A DNA stretch of 64,000 nucleotides, from the NCBI GenBank assembly GCA_963700285.1, contig CAVOXA010000001.1, forward strand, positions 1,536,001-1,600,000, in the 5' to 3' direction. The notes beneath the pieces are model-generated. The model ran no database searches. It was not told the origin of the DNA and saw nothing but the letters and a program-made list of their open reading frames with translations. The stretch is from an uncultured Chloroflexia bacterium. Lineage in GTDB: Bacteria > Chloroflexota > Anaerolineae > JAAYZQ01. Position 1 is the stretch's first letter, and each line of letters starts with the position of its first letter. This document shows positions 8,968 through 19,867 of the stretch, one piece after another. The position numbers were made by a program, and so were the translations under genes.

Positions 8968-11900
8968 ATGCAGTCAAGGCTTTTTCGCAGTCTTTGGTCT
9001 TTTGTCCTGCTCACAACCCTGCTCGTCGTTATGCTGTTGGTGGCAGCTTGCAGTAGCACGCCAACGCCCGCCACGCCTGTCGCCGGGGCTCCAGATGCCA
9101 CTCCCGGCGCCGTTCTCCGGTTGTCCGGCGAAGGGGGGCGCCGCCCCCCTCTGGGTACCTCCCTCAGGTTCGACCGCTACTCCATCGACGATGGCCTTTC
9201 TCAGAATTCGGGCAACAGTATTCTCCAGGATAGCATAGGATACATCTGGATTGGCACTGAGGATGGGTTGAATAGATTTGATGGGTACGAGTTTCAGGTC
9301 TTCAGGCATGACCCCGCTGACCCGGCCAGCCTGAGCAATAACCACATCAAGGCCATCGTTGAAGGTTCATCGGGCTCTCTCTGGATTGGGACCTATGGCG
9401 GTGGGCTCAATCTGCTGGATCCAGAGACGGATCAGTTCAAGCATTTCCGGAAAGTACCTGGTGATAGCAACAGTCTGAGCGACGATCAGATCCTGTCCAT
9501 GCTTCAGGACGATCGAGGTTTCTTGTGGATCGGCACCCGTGGAGGTGGGCTCAACCGTTTCGAGCCTGAGACAGGGGCGTGGCGCCGCTTTCAGCACCAC
9601 TCGCAGGATCCCGGCAGTCTGGCCAGCAACGACGTCACCGCGTTGTTCGAGGACTCGTCAGGGGTCCTCTGGGTTGGAACCAGCAGCGGACTTGACCGCC
9701 TTGACCGCGACGCCTCAACCTTCCAGCATCATTCGCATGACCCTGCAGATCCGACGAGTATCAGCGGCAATGTGATCGCCGCAATTGGCGAGGGCCAGGG
9801 AGGCGACCTGTGGGTCGGCACGGCTGGCGGAGGCTTGAACCGTCTGGATCGGGTGACGGCGTCCTTTGTACACTATCGGCACGACCCCGAGGACCCCTGG
9901 AGCTTGAGCAGCGACATTGTCAGTTCGCTGGTCATAGACAGATTCGGGGGACTCTGGGTTGGCACCGATGACGGGCTTTATCGCTATGATTCGGAATTGG
10001 ATGGATGGCGCCGCTACCAGTATGATCCCGGTGACCCTCACAGCCTGAGTGACAATGGCGTTGCAGCGATTCTACCGGACCGGTCTGGCGGGATATGGAT
10101 TGGTACCTCGGGCGGTGGCGTGAACCGCTACGATCTGCAGATGGACCAATTCGCTCTCTATCGCGCGAACTCGATACGCGGTGAAGGTCTGAGCGAAAGC
10201 ACCGTCTGGGGACTTGTTGAAGCGCAAGATGGAACGCTGTGGATAGGGACCGACGGTGGTGGGCTCAATCGCTTTGATAGGCGAGAGCAGAAATGGTCCC
10301 AATACCGGCATGACCCGAATGATCCTGAGAGCTTGAGCAGCGACGTGGTTGTTTCCGTCTATGAAGATCGGTCGGGCGTGCTGTGGCTAGGTACCTGGGG
10401 GGGCGGGCTCAATCGCTTTGACCCGAGTACTGAAGATGGGCCGATAGCTCGCTTCACCCGCTATCAATTCGACCCAGCCGACCGCAATAGCCTGAGCAGC
10501 AACGTTGTCTGGTCGATCCTTGAAGATCGGCGGGGTACGCTGTGGGTTGGCACGGCATTGGGGCTGAACGCTCTGGATCCAGAGACAGGGCAGTTCACCC
10601 GCTACTTTCACGACCCGGATGACCCGAACACGCTGAGCGATAATGACGTAGGTTCCATACTTGAGGACCAGAAAGGCAATGTGTGGTTTGGAACCCATTC
10701 CGGCCTGAGCCGGCTCGAGCCCGAAGCGGCAACCGGTGATGGCCCGCCCCAGTTTACCCGCTACCAGCATGATCCTGAGAATCCTAAAAGCTTGAGCCAC
10801 GACATTGTCTTCTCGATCTACGAGGACCGGGCGGGAAAGCTGTGGCTCGGAACCTGGGGCGGCGGACTCAACCGCTTTGATCCTGAGACTGAGAGTTTCG
10901 TCCACTACCGGGCAAAGGAAGGGCTGCCGAATGACGTGGTCTATGGGATTCTGGGGGATGCGGATCCCGCAGACTTGGGCGCTATTCCTAGGGACGGAGG
11001 CGGTTATCTGTGGCTGAGTACCAACCTTGGTATCACCAGGTTTGATCCTCTCACTGAGACGTTCCAGAACTATGACGCAGGCGATGGTCTTCAGAGTAAC
11101 GAGTTCAACTTTAACTCTTACGCTCGGAGCAGCCGCGGCGAACTCTTTTTCGGTGGGATCAATGGCTTCAACTCGCTCTTCCCCGAGGGCGTCCAGCCGA
11201 ATTCGTTTGTGCCGCCTGTGGTTCTGACATCGTTCACCCAGGGAGGAAATCGCGTTGTACCCGCCGTGGTTCCCGGGTCGCCGGCGGGTGTGACCCTGGA
11301 ATGGCAAAACAATGATTTTGAATTCTCTTTTTCCGGGCTGAGTTACTTCCAGCCGCAGAAGAACGAATTCGCCTATATGCTGGAGGGCTATGACGATGAC
11401 TGGAACTATGTGGGAAATAGGCGCTACGCCAGCTATACCAATCTCCCTGGCGGCGACTATACCCTCAGAGTAAAGGGCGCCAACAACGATGGACTCTGGA
11501 ACGAGGAAGGCGTTAGCCTGGCGGTCCGCATCGTGCCTCCGTTTTGGGCGACGTGGTGGTTCTGGGGTTTCGTCGTAGCAGCGCTCGTGCTGGCCGGCGT
11601 CGGTGCCTACCAGGTCCGGATCCGTGGCATCGAGGCGCGCAGTCGTGAGCTGGAAACCGAGGTGGCGACTCGAACCAAGGAACTGGCTGCCCTGAATGCA
11701 ATCGCGGCCGTGGTCAGCCGTTCGCTAGAACGGGATCAGATCCTGTCTGATGCATTGACAAAGACCCTGGAGGTTACAGGACTTGAGGCGGGCGGGATCT
11801 ATCTACTCCAGTGGAACAGCCGGTTGGAGGATCAGCCCAGTGCAGACGCGCGGGTGCTTAGAATCGTGGCCCACCAGGGTCTCGGCGCTGGGTTTGTGGC

Positions 11901-13871
11901 CGCCATCGACAATCTGATGGTTGGCGAAGGTTTTTCCGGCCGGGTGGTACAGAGCTGTGATCCCATGGTCGTCTCCGACCTGGACAAGGACCCCAGACTG
12001 ACGCGCTCGGTGGTCACGGCTGCCGGTTTTCGCTCTATCGCCATCGCGCCTCTTGTCTCACGGGCCGAGGTGCTCGGCTCACTGTTTGTTATGACGCGCG
12101 TACGCACCACCTTTTCTCATGAGGACGTGGACCTCTTGACCGCCATTGGCGGCCAGATAGGTGTGGCCATTGAGAACGCGCGGTTTTTTGAAGGAGAGCA
12201 GCGCCGCGCCGAACAGTTCCGCGTGATCAGCGAAGCAGGTCACCACCTCGCCTCCATCCTCGATGCTGAACAGCTCATGGCCGAGATTGTTGCGCTGATC
12301 CACGATACCTTTGGCTACTATGAGGTTGGCATCGGCCTCATTGAGGGTGATGATCTGGTGATCAAGACCTCGTCGGGAATTCGCTGGCAGGATCTGGAAG
12401 GGCCTCCGGTTCGGATCAAGGTCGGGGGCGAGGGATCCATGGACTGGGTGGCGGAAAAGGGCCGGCATCTGCTCATCCCCGATGTGCACGGCGACGCGCG
12501 CTCTTCTTTCTGGCCCCATACCGCCAGAACTCGTTCGAGCCTGGCCGTGCCACTGCGGGCCAAGTCCGGTGTCATTGGGGTATTGAATGTCGAGAGTGAC
12601 CAAGTGGGCGCCTTTGACGATAGCGATGTGATGGTCCTCCAGTCCCTGGCCGACCAGGCCGCCATAGCCATCGACAATGCCCGCTTCTTGGAGGCAGAGC
12701 AGCGCCGGGCCGAACAGTTCAGGATTCTCGCCGAGGCCGGGCGCCGGATGACCTTGACACTGGAGATCGACGAGGTACTACAGCAGATGGTCCGCCTGGT
12801 TCAGCAGTCCCTGGGCTACTACCACGTGGCCATCGGCCTGATCGAGGGGGATGAGGTAGTCTACCGTGTGGGAGCAGGCGTCCTATGGGACGATCCTGCC
12901 TTTGATTTCAAACCCTCCCGCCTCAAGGTGGGGGAGGAAGGCATCACCGGCTGGGTGGCTCTCAGGGGGGAATCGCTCATGGTATCGGATGTCGGCGAGG
13001 ACAGTCGCTACGTCTGGATGCGAGGCAGCAAAACCTCTTCAGAGCTGACGGTGCCCATTGTTGTCAAAGAGCGGGTCATCGGCGTGCTCGATGCCCAGAG
13101 CGACCAGCCCGGCGCCTTTGACGAGACCGATCTTGTCGGTGCTCCAATCGGTGGCCCATCAGGCTGGCGCCGCCATCGAGAACGCACGCCTCTACGAGCA
13201 GGCCCAGCAGGCAGCGGTGACTCGAGGAGCGGAGCCGTCTGGCCCGGGATCTGCACGACGCGGTGACCCAGACACTCTTCTCCGCCAGCCTCATCGCTGA
13301 GGCTGTTCCTGCCACCCTGGCGATGGATGAGGAGGAGGGGCGCGAGCTGCTTCGCGAGTTGCAGCGGCTGACGCGAGGGGCGCTGGCCGAGATGCGCACC
13401 TTGCTGCTGGAGCTGCGTCCGGCGGCCCTCATGGAAACGAGTCTGAATGACCTCATCCGCCAACTGGCGGCGGCCATCGCCGGGAGGGCAGGCGCGCCTG
13501 TGGAAATGACCGCAGAGGGTGAATGCGTGGTGCCCCCGGAGGTGCACGTCGCCCTCTACCGCATTGCCCAGGAGGCGCTGAACAACGTGGTCAAGCACGC
13601 CCGGGCGACCCAGGTGACGGTGGACCTCCGCTGTGGTCCCCCGGGTGGTGGGCAGGCCCCGGGCCAGCAGCGTGTCGAGATCCGCATTCAGGATACCGGG
13701 CGCGGTTTTGATCCTGACGATGTGTCGCCCGAGCACCTGGGCCTGGGCATCATGCGCGAGCGGGCGCAGGCGATTGGGGCCAGGTTGACTGTAGAAAGCC
13801 AGCCAGGACAGGGGACTATGGTGGCCGTCGCATGGGAGCCGGGAGGAGTACTACAAGGGGAGAAGGCCTGA
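8968..13871 (+). CDS. Large sensor histidine kinase (beta-propeller repeats, Y_Y_Y, three GAF, HisKA_3, HATPase); two frameshifts near 13140 and 13225
   Basis: Repeated LWIGT.GGGLNRFD units, YTNLPGGDYTLRVKGANNDG, TM helix, GAFs; continues in ORFs 13058-13300 and 13263-13871 (RLARDLHDAVTQTLFS, EALNNVVKHA, DTGRGFD). Confidence 0.88.
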
Positions 13872-14048
13872 CGGATGCCCTGATCAGGTGCTCGTGCCTC
13901 TGCCCTGCGTCGGTTGGACGTCAGACCGGAGTCAAGTTGCGCCTGCCAATCCGTGCTACGATGCGAATCACAGCATCAATCCCTCGATTGGGATCGACCC
14001 TGATCATTGGGGTCCAGGGTCGGGTCAAGAAACGCAAGGAGGCGAATC

Positions 14049-15011
14049 GTGGACTATGGAAAGGTTTTGGGCCGCGCCTGGGAGATCACCTGGCGCTGGA
14101 AGGTGCTCTGGATCCTGGGTTTCCTGGTAAGCCTGGGAAGCGGCGGGTTTGGCGGGGGCGGCAACGTCTACAGCGGTGACAACGGCCAGGGCTATGACTT
14201 TGGCAGTTGGCCAGGGGAGGTACTGGGACCCGGTTTCTGGGTCGCCTTCGGCGGCATCATCCTGGCACTCCTGTGTCTGGGCCTGCTCATCGCCATTGCC
14301 CTGTGGGTGGTATCGATCATCGCCCGCGGCGGGCTCATCGCCGGCGTGCAGCAAGTTGAGGAGGAAGGCGATACGTCCTTCGGTCGGGCCTGGCGCGCGG
14401 GCGCCAGCCGGTTCTGGACGCTGTTGGGCATCGCTTTTCTGGCGGCGCTTCCCTTTCTTGTCCTGGGTCTGGGTCTGGCTCTTGTGGCGGCAGCGGGCAT
14501 CCTGGTGGCGATGAATAGTTCAAACGGTTTCAGCGATCCTGCCCCCGCCGGCATCCTGGCTGCCATCGCCTGCGGCACTGTATTCTGTTGCGGCCTGCTC
14601 ATCCTTGGCATCGTTCTCGATCAGATCAGGACCTATGCCGAGCGTGCGGCCATCCTGGAAGGACTGGGTTGGCTCGACGCCTTTAAGCGGGGTTGGGAGG
14701 TACTGAAGGTCCACCTGGGGCCAACCATCATTCTGTGGCTTATCTTTGTGGCCATTGGGTTTGTCCTGGTCATGGCGACCATCGCCGGGGTCGCGGCGGT
14801 CGCGCTGCCCCTGCTCGCAGTGACGGCTGCAGTCGAACCTGGGCCCTGGCTGATTGCACCGGCCTGTTGTGGAGGGTTGGTGGCCCTGATCGTCTTTGCT
14901 CTAGTTGCCGCAGTGATTGAGACCTTTACCTCGGCGTCCTGGACGCTGGCTTATCGCGAATTGACCGGTATTGCGCTGGAGGTGCCGGCAGAACCCGCGC
15001 TCGAGGGATAA
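14049..15011 (+). CDS. Multi-pass membrane protein of unknown function
   Basis: SD GGAGG then GTG; six or more hydrophobic helices; MDYGKVLGRAWEITWRWKVLW N-terminus and WTLAYREL C-terminus. Confidence 0.75.
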   Translation: MDYGKVLGRAWEITWRWKVLWILGFLVSLGSGGFGGGGNVYSGDNGQGYDFGSWPGEVLGPGFWVAFGGIILALLCLGLLIAIALWVVSIIARGGLIAGVQQVEEEGDTSFGRAWRAGASRFWTLLGIAFLAALPFLVLGLGLALVAAAGILVAMNSSNGFSDPAPAGILAAIACGTVFCCGLLILGIVLDQIRTYAERAAILEGLGWLDAFKRGWEVLKVHLGPTIILWLIFVAIGFVLVMATIAGVAAVALPLLAVTAAVEPGPWLIAPACCGGLVALIVFALVAAVIETFTSASWTLAYRELTGIALEVPAEPALEG

Positions 15012-15077
15012 CCGGGCTGAAGAGGACGGGCGATCCTTCTTTGGACCGCCCGTCCTGGTCCTACGCCAGTGTGATGT

Positions 15078-16508
15078 TTATTCCCAGCCTTTGGTGAAGC
15101 CACGGTCGCCGGGCACGATGCCCAACTCCTCACGCAGCAGCAGGCATTCGCGTTCAAACTCGCGCACCTGCTCGCGCAATGCGGCGATCTCGGCCGGGGC
15201 TTTTTCCCCGGTGCTACCCAGTAGATTCTGGATCTCGGTGGGATCGGTTCGCAGATCATAGGCCTCGTCGCCATAATCTGGATCCTGCACGTAGGAGAGT
15301 TCCATCGTGCGGCCGCCCTGCAAAAGCCCTGGGTGCCGGCCAGCGGCGGGCATGCCGGTGGGGTAGGTAGTCCCCAGGTGGCCGTGGTAGTCGCCCACCT
15401 GGGCAAAGAGGCAGTCGCGCAGCGGCTCACACGCCCCTTCCTGCACCCAGTGGATCAAATCGTGCCCCTGGGCATAGTCCGGGACCGGGATGCCGGCAAT
15501 GCCCAGGAGCGTTGGAAACAGATCGATGGTATTGACCAGGCCGCGGACCAACTCGCCTCTCAGGGGCAGAGCGCCGGATCCTGCCGGTGGCACGATGATC
15601 AGGGGTACATGCAGCAGGCACTCGTAGAGCGATTCGGTTTTGGCAAACATCCCCTTTTCGCCCGCATAATCGCCGTGGTCCGAGCCGATAATGATCCAGG
15701 TATTCTCCAGCAGATCACGTTCGCGCAGCGCCTCGTAGATGCGGTGCATCTGGTCGTTGGCATTGGCGATCATGCCATAGTAGATGGCGATGAGCCGTCG
15801 CACGTCGTCCTCGCTGGCAAGATCGGTCCTGCCCTCCTGATGAACGGTGAGCTGCCAGTCCGGTTGCTCACCTGCCGCCGGTAGTTCTGGCAATTCGACG
15901 TCGGCCGGGTCAACCAGGGTGTCGTAGGGTGGCGGTACGAAATAGGGCGGGTGCGGGTCGTCAATGGCTACGTGGAGGAAAAAGGGGCCGTTGGTCTGCA
16001 GGGCCGCATCCAACATCTGGATGGCGCGGGTGGCAATCAGAGCGGAATTGCCCTCTTCCGCCGTGCTGTCGATGGCGCCGGATGACCAGGCATACTCCTG
16101 GCGGCCGGACGCGTACTTGGCCCGGAATGAGTGGTACAATGGACCCGCCTCCCTGAATGAGACCTGCTCGTGCCAGCCGCGGCTCAGGTTGCGTTGTTTT
16201 TCATAGTGGCCGATTACGGCTGTATAGTAGCCGGCACGCTGGAGTAGCTCAGAGAGCTGGGGTAGGTTGTACGGCGCGCGGTTCTGATGGCACGTTACCT
16301 GGTGGACCAGGGGATGGACACCGGTGAGAACTGAGGCCCGAGATGGGGTGCAGATAGAGCTGGCAGAGTAAGCGTGGGCAAACGCGACGCCCTGGCTCGC
16401 CATTTCTTCCTGGAAAGAACTTGGCACCACCCGGTTACCATGGATGCTACAGGCCGACGCTTTTTGTTGGTCCGTCATGAGATAGACGATGTTTGGACGG
16501 CGCTCCAT
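15078..16508 (-). CDS. Cys-type sulfatase
   Basis: RPNIVYLMTDQ, CTPSRASVLTG, DPHPPY, SDHGD, HVPLII. Confidence 0.92.
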   Translation of the reverse strand: MERRPNIVYLMTDQQKASACSIHGNRVVPSSFQEEMASQGVAFAHAYSASSICTPSRASVLTGVHPLVHQVTCHQNRAPYNLPQLSELLQRAGYYTAVIGHYEKQRNLSRGWHEQVSFREAGPLYHSFRAKYASGRQEYAWSSGAIDSTAEEGNSALIATRAIQMLDAALQTNGPFFLHVAIDDPHPPYFVPPPYDTLVDPADVELPELPAAGEQPDWQLTVHQEGRTDLASEDDVRRLIAIYYGMIANANDQMHRIYEALRERDLLENTWIIIGSDHGDYAGEKGMFAKTESLYECLLHVPLIIVPPAGSGALPLRGELVRGLVNTIDLFPTLLGIAGIPVPDYAQGHDLIHWVQEGACEPLRDCLFAQVGDYHGHLGTTYPTGMPAAGRHPGLLQGGRTMELSYVQDPDYGDEAYDLRTDPTEIQNLLGSTGEKAPAEIAALREQVREFERECLLLREELGIVPGDRGFTKGWE

Positions 16509-16919
16509 TGCATGTCTCCTCTATGCTAGGTCTCCGGCCATGATACCACAGAATCTACCACCATCCAAGATGCCTTGGCGGAGTAGTGTTTCAACAATCG
16601 ATAGACCATTGTGCGGTGCATGGTTGGTCAACTTCCCGCAGGCTGTGGTTGGGCGAGGGTGGTTTGGATCCATTACATTTGACGGTAGCGGGTCAGGATA
16701 ACGGCCTGCGAAAAGCCTCCGGGAAGTGCTCCGCGTTCCGCTGAGCCCAAAGGGCGCGTTGTTGCAAGTGGTCCTGCCTCTGCACCTCGCCGCTAAGCGA
16801 AGCTGGCCTATTGCGTGCGACAGCGATCGTGCCAGCTATCTCGGCGGAGGGAGTTGTCAGTTTCGACCATGCATGCTACACTGAAGCCGTTCTTCAAAGC
16901 CTAGTTGGAGGTTGGGGCC

Positions 16920-18291
16920 ATGCCCGAGAAATCCATGGGGCTCAGCGTTGGACCGCCGGTCGCGACCGATCAGCCATCTGCGGTCGAAGGACGGATTCCT
17001 GGCCGGGAGCGGCGGCTATCAATCATATTTGACATCTCCAGGATCTTGGTCACAGAGGGCGATCAGGAATCTACTCTCTCCCGTGCCCTGCACAGCCTCA
17101 TCCAGGGGTTGGACGCCGCAGATGCGGGCAGCATCTGGCTCTACGAGCCCTCACAGGGCATACTGGCAGCGACAGGTGCCCTGGGCTATGATCTGGAGAT
17201 CCTCAAAAAGATCCGCCTGTCACCGGGCGAAGCGATCGCCGGCAGGGTCTGCGAGACCGGCCAGGCCCTGCTGTGCCTTACGCCTGAGGATACGGCTGCC
17301 GCCATGGCGAATATGACCACTCTGAACAGTGATCTGTTCGCTGCCGCAACGGCTGGCATCCGTGAGCCACTGAGTGCCATCGGGGTGCCCTTAATTGCTG
17401 ACCAGCACCCCATCGGCGTGTTGGTACTGCTAAGCTTGCGCCAACGGAAGGGCTTTACAGATGCCGACATGGACTTTCTTCAACGCGTGGCCGACCTTCT
17501 TACATTGGCCATCGAGAACATGCAACTGCGTGACGAGTTACACGCGGCGCAGGCCCTTGGCGAAGCTAACCGCCTCAAGGCGGAGCTGATCTCAACGCTG
17601 GCCCACGAGATGCGCACGCCCCTGACCTCCATCAAGGGCTACTCAACAGCGCTACTCCTACCCGAGTTGAGCTTTCGCCCGGAAGCCCAGCGCGAATTCC
17701 TCCAGATCATCGACGAAGAGTGCGACACGCTTGAGACCCTTATCCATGATCTGCTCGAATCTTCCATCATTGATGCCGGATTTCTCAAGCTCGAACTCCA
17801 ACCCGTGCTCATTCCCCGCCTGGTCCAGGTCGTAACGGATGAGATGGCACGCCGGACAAAAGAGCACCGGTTCTTGGTGGATTTTGCGGACCCCGTTCCC
17901 GATTGTGGAGGCCGATCCGGATCGGATCACACAGGTGTTGCGCAACCTCTTGGACAATGCTATCAAGTACTCGCCTAGTGGAGGCTTGATCATGGTGCGA
18001 GCTGAGGCCTTGCCTGACGAGGTCGTCGTCAGCATCGCGGACCAGGGCTTGGGTATCGCGCCAGAGCACCTGCATCAGCTGTTTGACAAGTACTTCCGGG
18101 CCAAAACGGGCCTGGCCCAGCATGTGGTTGGCTCGGGTTTGGGGTTGCCCATCTGCCACGCTATCGTGGAGAGTCATGGGGGCCGCATTTGGGCCGAAGC
18201 CTTCGCTGGAGAAGGCAGCACTTTCTACTTTACCTTGCCTTTGAGGAAACCAACCCAAGGTCGAGAAGAGCAGTCGCGAGGGGCCGAATGA
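16920..18291 (+). CDS. Cytoplasmic GAF sensor histidine kinase; frameshift near 17895
   Basis: GAF, AHEMRTPLTSIKG H-box; ORF 17839-18291 supplies NLLDNAIKYS, DQGLGI and GSGLGL. Confidence 0.88.
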
Positions 18292-18987
18292 ACGACAAGA
18301 TCTTGGTCGTCGAGGACCAGCCTCGGATAGTGCGGTTGGTAAGTGAGGTTCTCAAGGCTGTGGGGTACCAGGTTCTGACAGCCGCGGACGGACAGCACGC
18401 CCTAGAGATCGGTGTCGTTGGAACAGCCAGACCTGGTCTTGCTCGATATTTTGCTGCCCGGTTCCATGGATGGCTACGAGATCTGCCGGCGGCTCCGCGA
18501 GTTTTCCACAGTGCCGGTCATCATGCTCACCGCCAAGGCCCGTGATGCCGACATCCTGACGGGCTTTGACGCAGGCGCCGACGACTATTTGACCAAGCCT
18601 TTCAATGCCAAAGAGCTGCTGGCCCGGGTCAAGGCCGTGCTGCGGCGCAGCCAGCATCCGGAGGAGATGACTACGGCGACTTTTGCTTGTGGTGAGTTGG
18701 AGATTGACTATGCGCGGCATGCAGTCACACGTCGCGGCGAAACCGTGTCGCTGACGCGTACCGAGTACGCACTTTTGCGCGAGCTGGCCTTGAACGCCAA
18801 CCGGGTGTTGTCCCATCCCGATCTCTTGACTGCGGTCTGGGGGCCAGAATACCGGGATGATGTGGACTATTTGAGGGCCTACGTGCGCTACCTGCGCCGC
18901 AAGATCGAAGCCGATCCGTCGAACCCACGCTATATCGTGACCCTGCCAGGCATTGGCTACATGCTGTCTTGCCCCGATGACGAATAG
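18288..18987 (+). CDS. OmpR/KdpE-family response regulator; frameshift near 18410
   Basis: MNDKILVVEDQ start overlapping the kinase stop; LLDILLP, GADDYLTKPF, YLRRKIEADPSNPRYI. Confidence 0.9.
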
Positions 18988-19031
18988 ATAGGCGAAATCC
19001 GCACGACTGTGCCGGAGCGTGTTTCTTCCGG

Positions 19032-19066
19032 AGGGCGGCCCATTAGCGATGGGGCCGCCCTTTTTT
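19032..19066 (+). terminator. Intrinsic terminator
   Basis: AGGGCGGCCC...GGGCCGCCCT stem followed by a T-run. Confidence 0.75.
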
Positions 19067-19177
19067 CATGGATTTTTCAGGAGGCGACCGCCGCCTTTCT
19101 ATGAGTTTTTGGGGCACTTTGTGCTATGATGGGGGCGTACCAGCAATGAGAATACGAACATAAACAGGGAGGACAAA

Positions 19178-19748
19178 ATGAACGAGCTGTTTTGTAACAG
19201 GATCGAACCGAAGTACAGGATGCCACCATCGCGGTACCGCCTTTCCATCTGCCAGATGCTGCCAGCACCGATGCAGGGTGCGCTTGTCAGAGCGCTCGAC
19301 TATAGTGCCCGACAAATCGAACCTGCCGAGCCCGCAGGCGAGCCTGGAGAGAGCGCGTCAGGGCGACAGAGATGCACTGGAGTACTGCCACTATCAACTG
19401 GCGCAGCAGGTTGCCGAAGCGCTGGGCGCCCTCGATGACAACGTCCAGTCGGTTTCGCTCTACGAATTCGAGGCCACACCGGAGGATCGCGCCTTCGGCG
19501 AGAATCCTGACTCGTTGCCGATTCACCTGCTGGTGTGGGTCGACCGCAAGACAAGCGCCTTGAGTTCTCTTGTGGCAGCGCTGGACCGGGCTCTGGTCAA
19601 AGACTATGCCGAGATGGTCGGCCCGCGCCGACTGGGACATGTGCTGGATGTGCAGGTGATCGACGCTGATGACGTGGAGAGCCGTCGCGGCATTGCCGCC
19701 CTGCTCTACTCGCTGTACAACCGTCCCCTTCGGCTCTGGGAGCGCTAG
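19178..19748 (+). CDS. Hypothetical protein, possibly a degenerate nucleotidyltransferase fold; 5' part frameshifted
   Basis: SD GGGAGGA before ATG 19178; protein-like C-terminal frame 19278-19748 (IHLLVWV...VLDVQVIDADDV). Confidence 0.6.
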
Positions 19749-19755
19749 ACGACTG

Positions 19756-19796
19756 ACGGTTGAGAGCCGGGGGCCTCACCCCTGGCTCTCAACCGT
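19756..19796 (+). repeat. Long inverted repeat (stem-loop) between the hypothetical gene and gdh
   Basis: ACGGTTGAGAGCCGGGG / CCCCTGGCTCTCAACCGT; no U-tract follows. Confidence 0.65.
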
Positions 19797-19867
19797 GCCA
19801 ATCGTGGGAGAAATAATGACTCAAACACTGAGCAAGTGAACAGAGTACCCAACGCCTGACCCAATTC

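Noticed and set aside
9150-11200. Repeated DNA motifs within the large kinase gene
   Set aside because: Explained by beta-propeller protein repeats; not a CRISPR array or mobile repeat
16509-16904. 400-bp intergenic region as a possible ncRNA
   Set aside because: No recognisable motif or convincing long helix; consistent with divergent promoters
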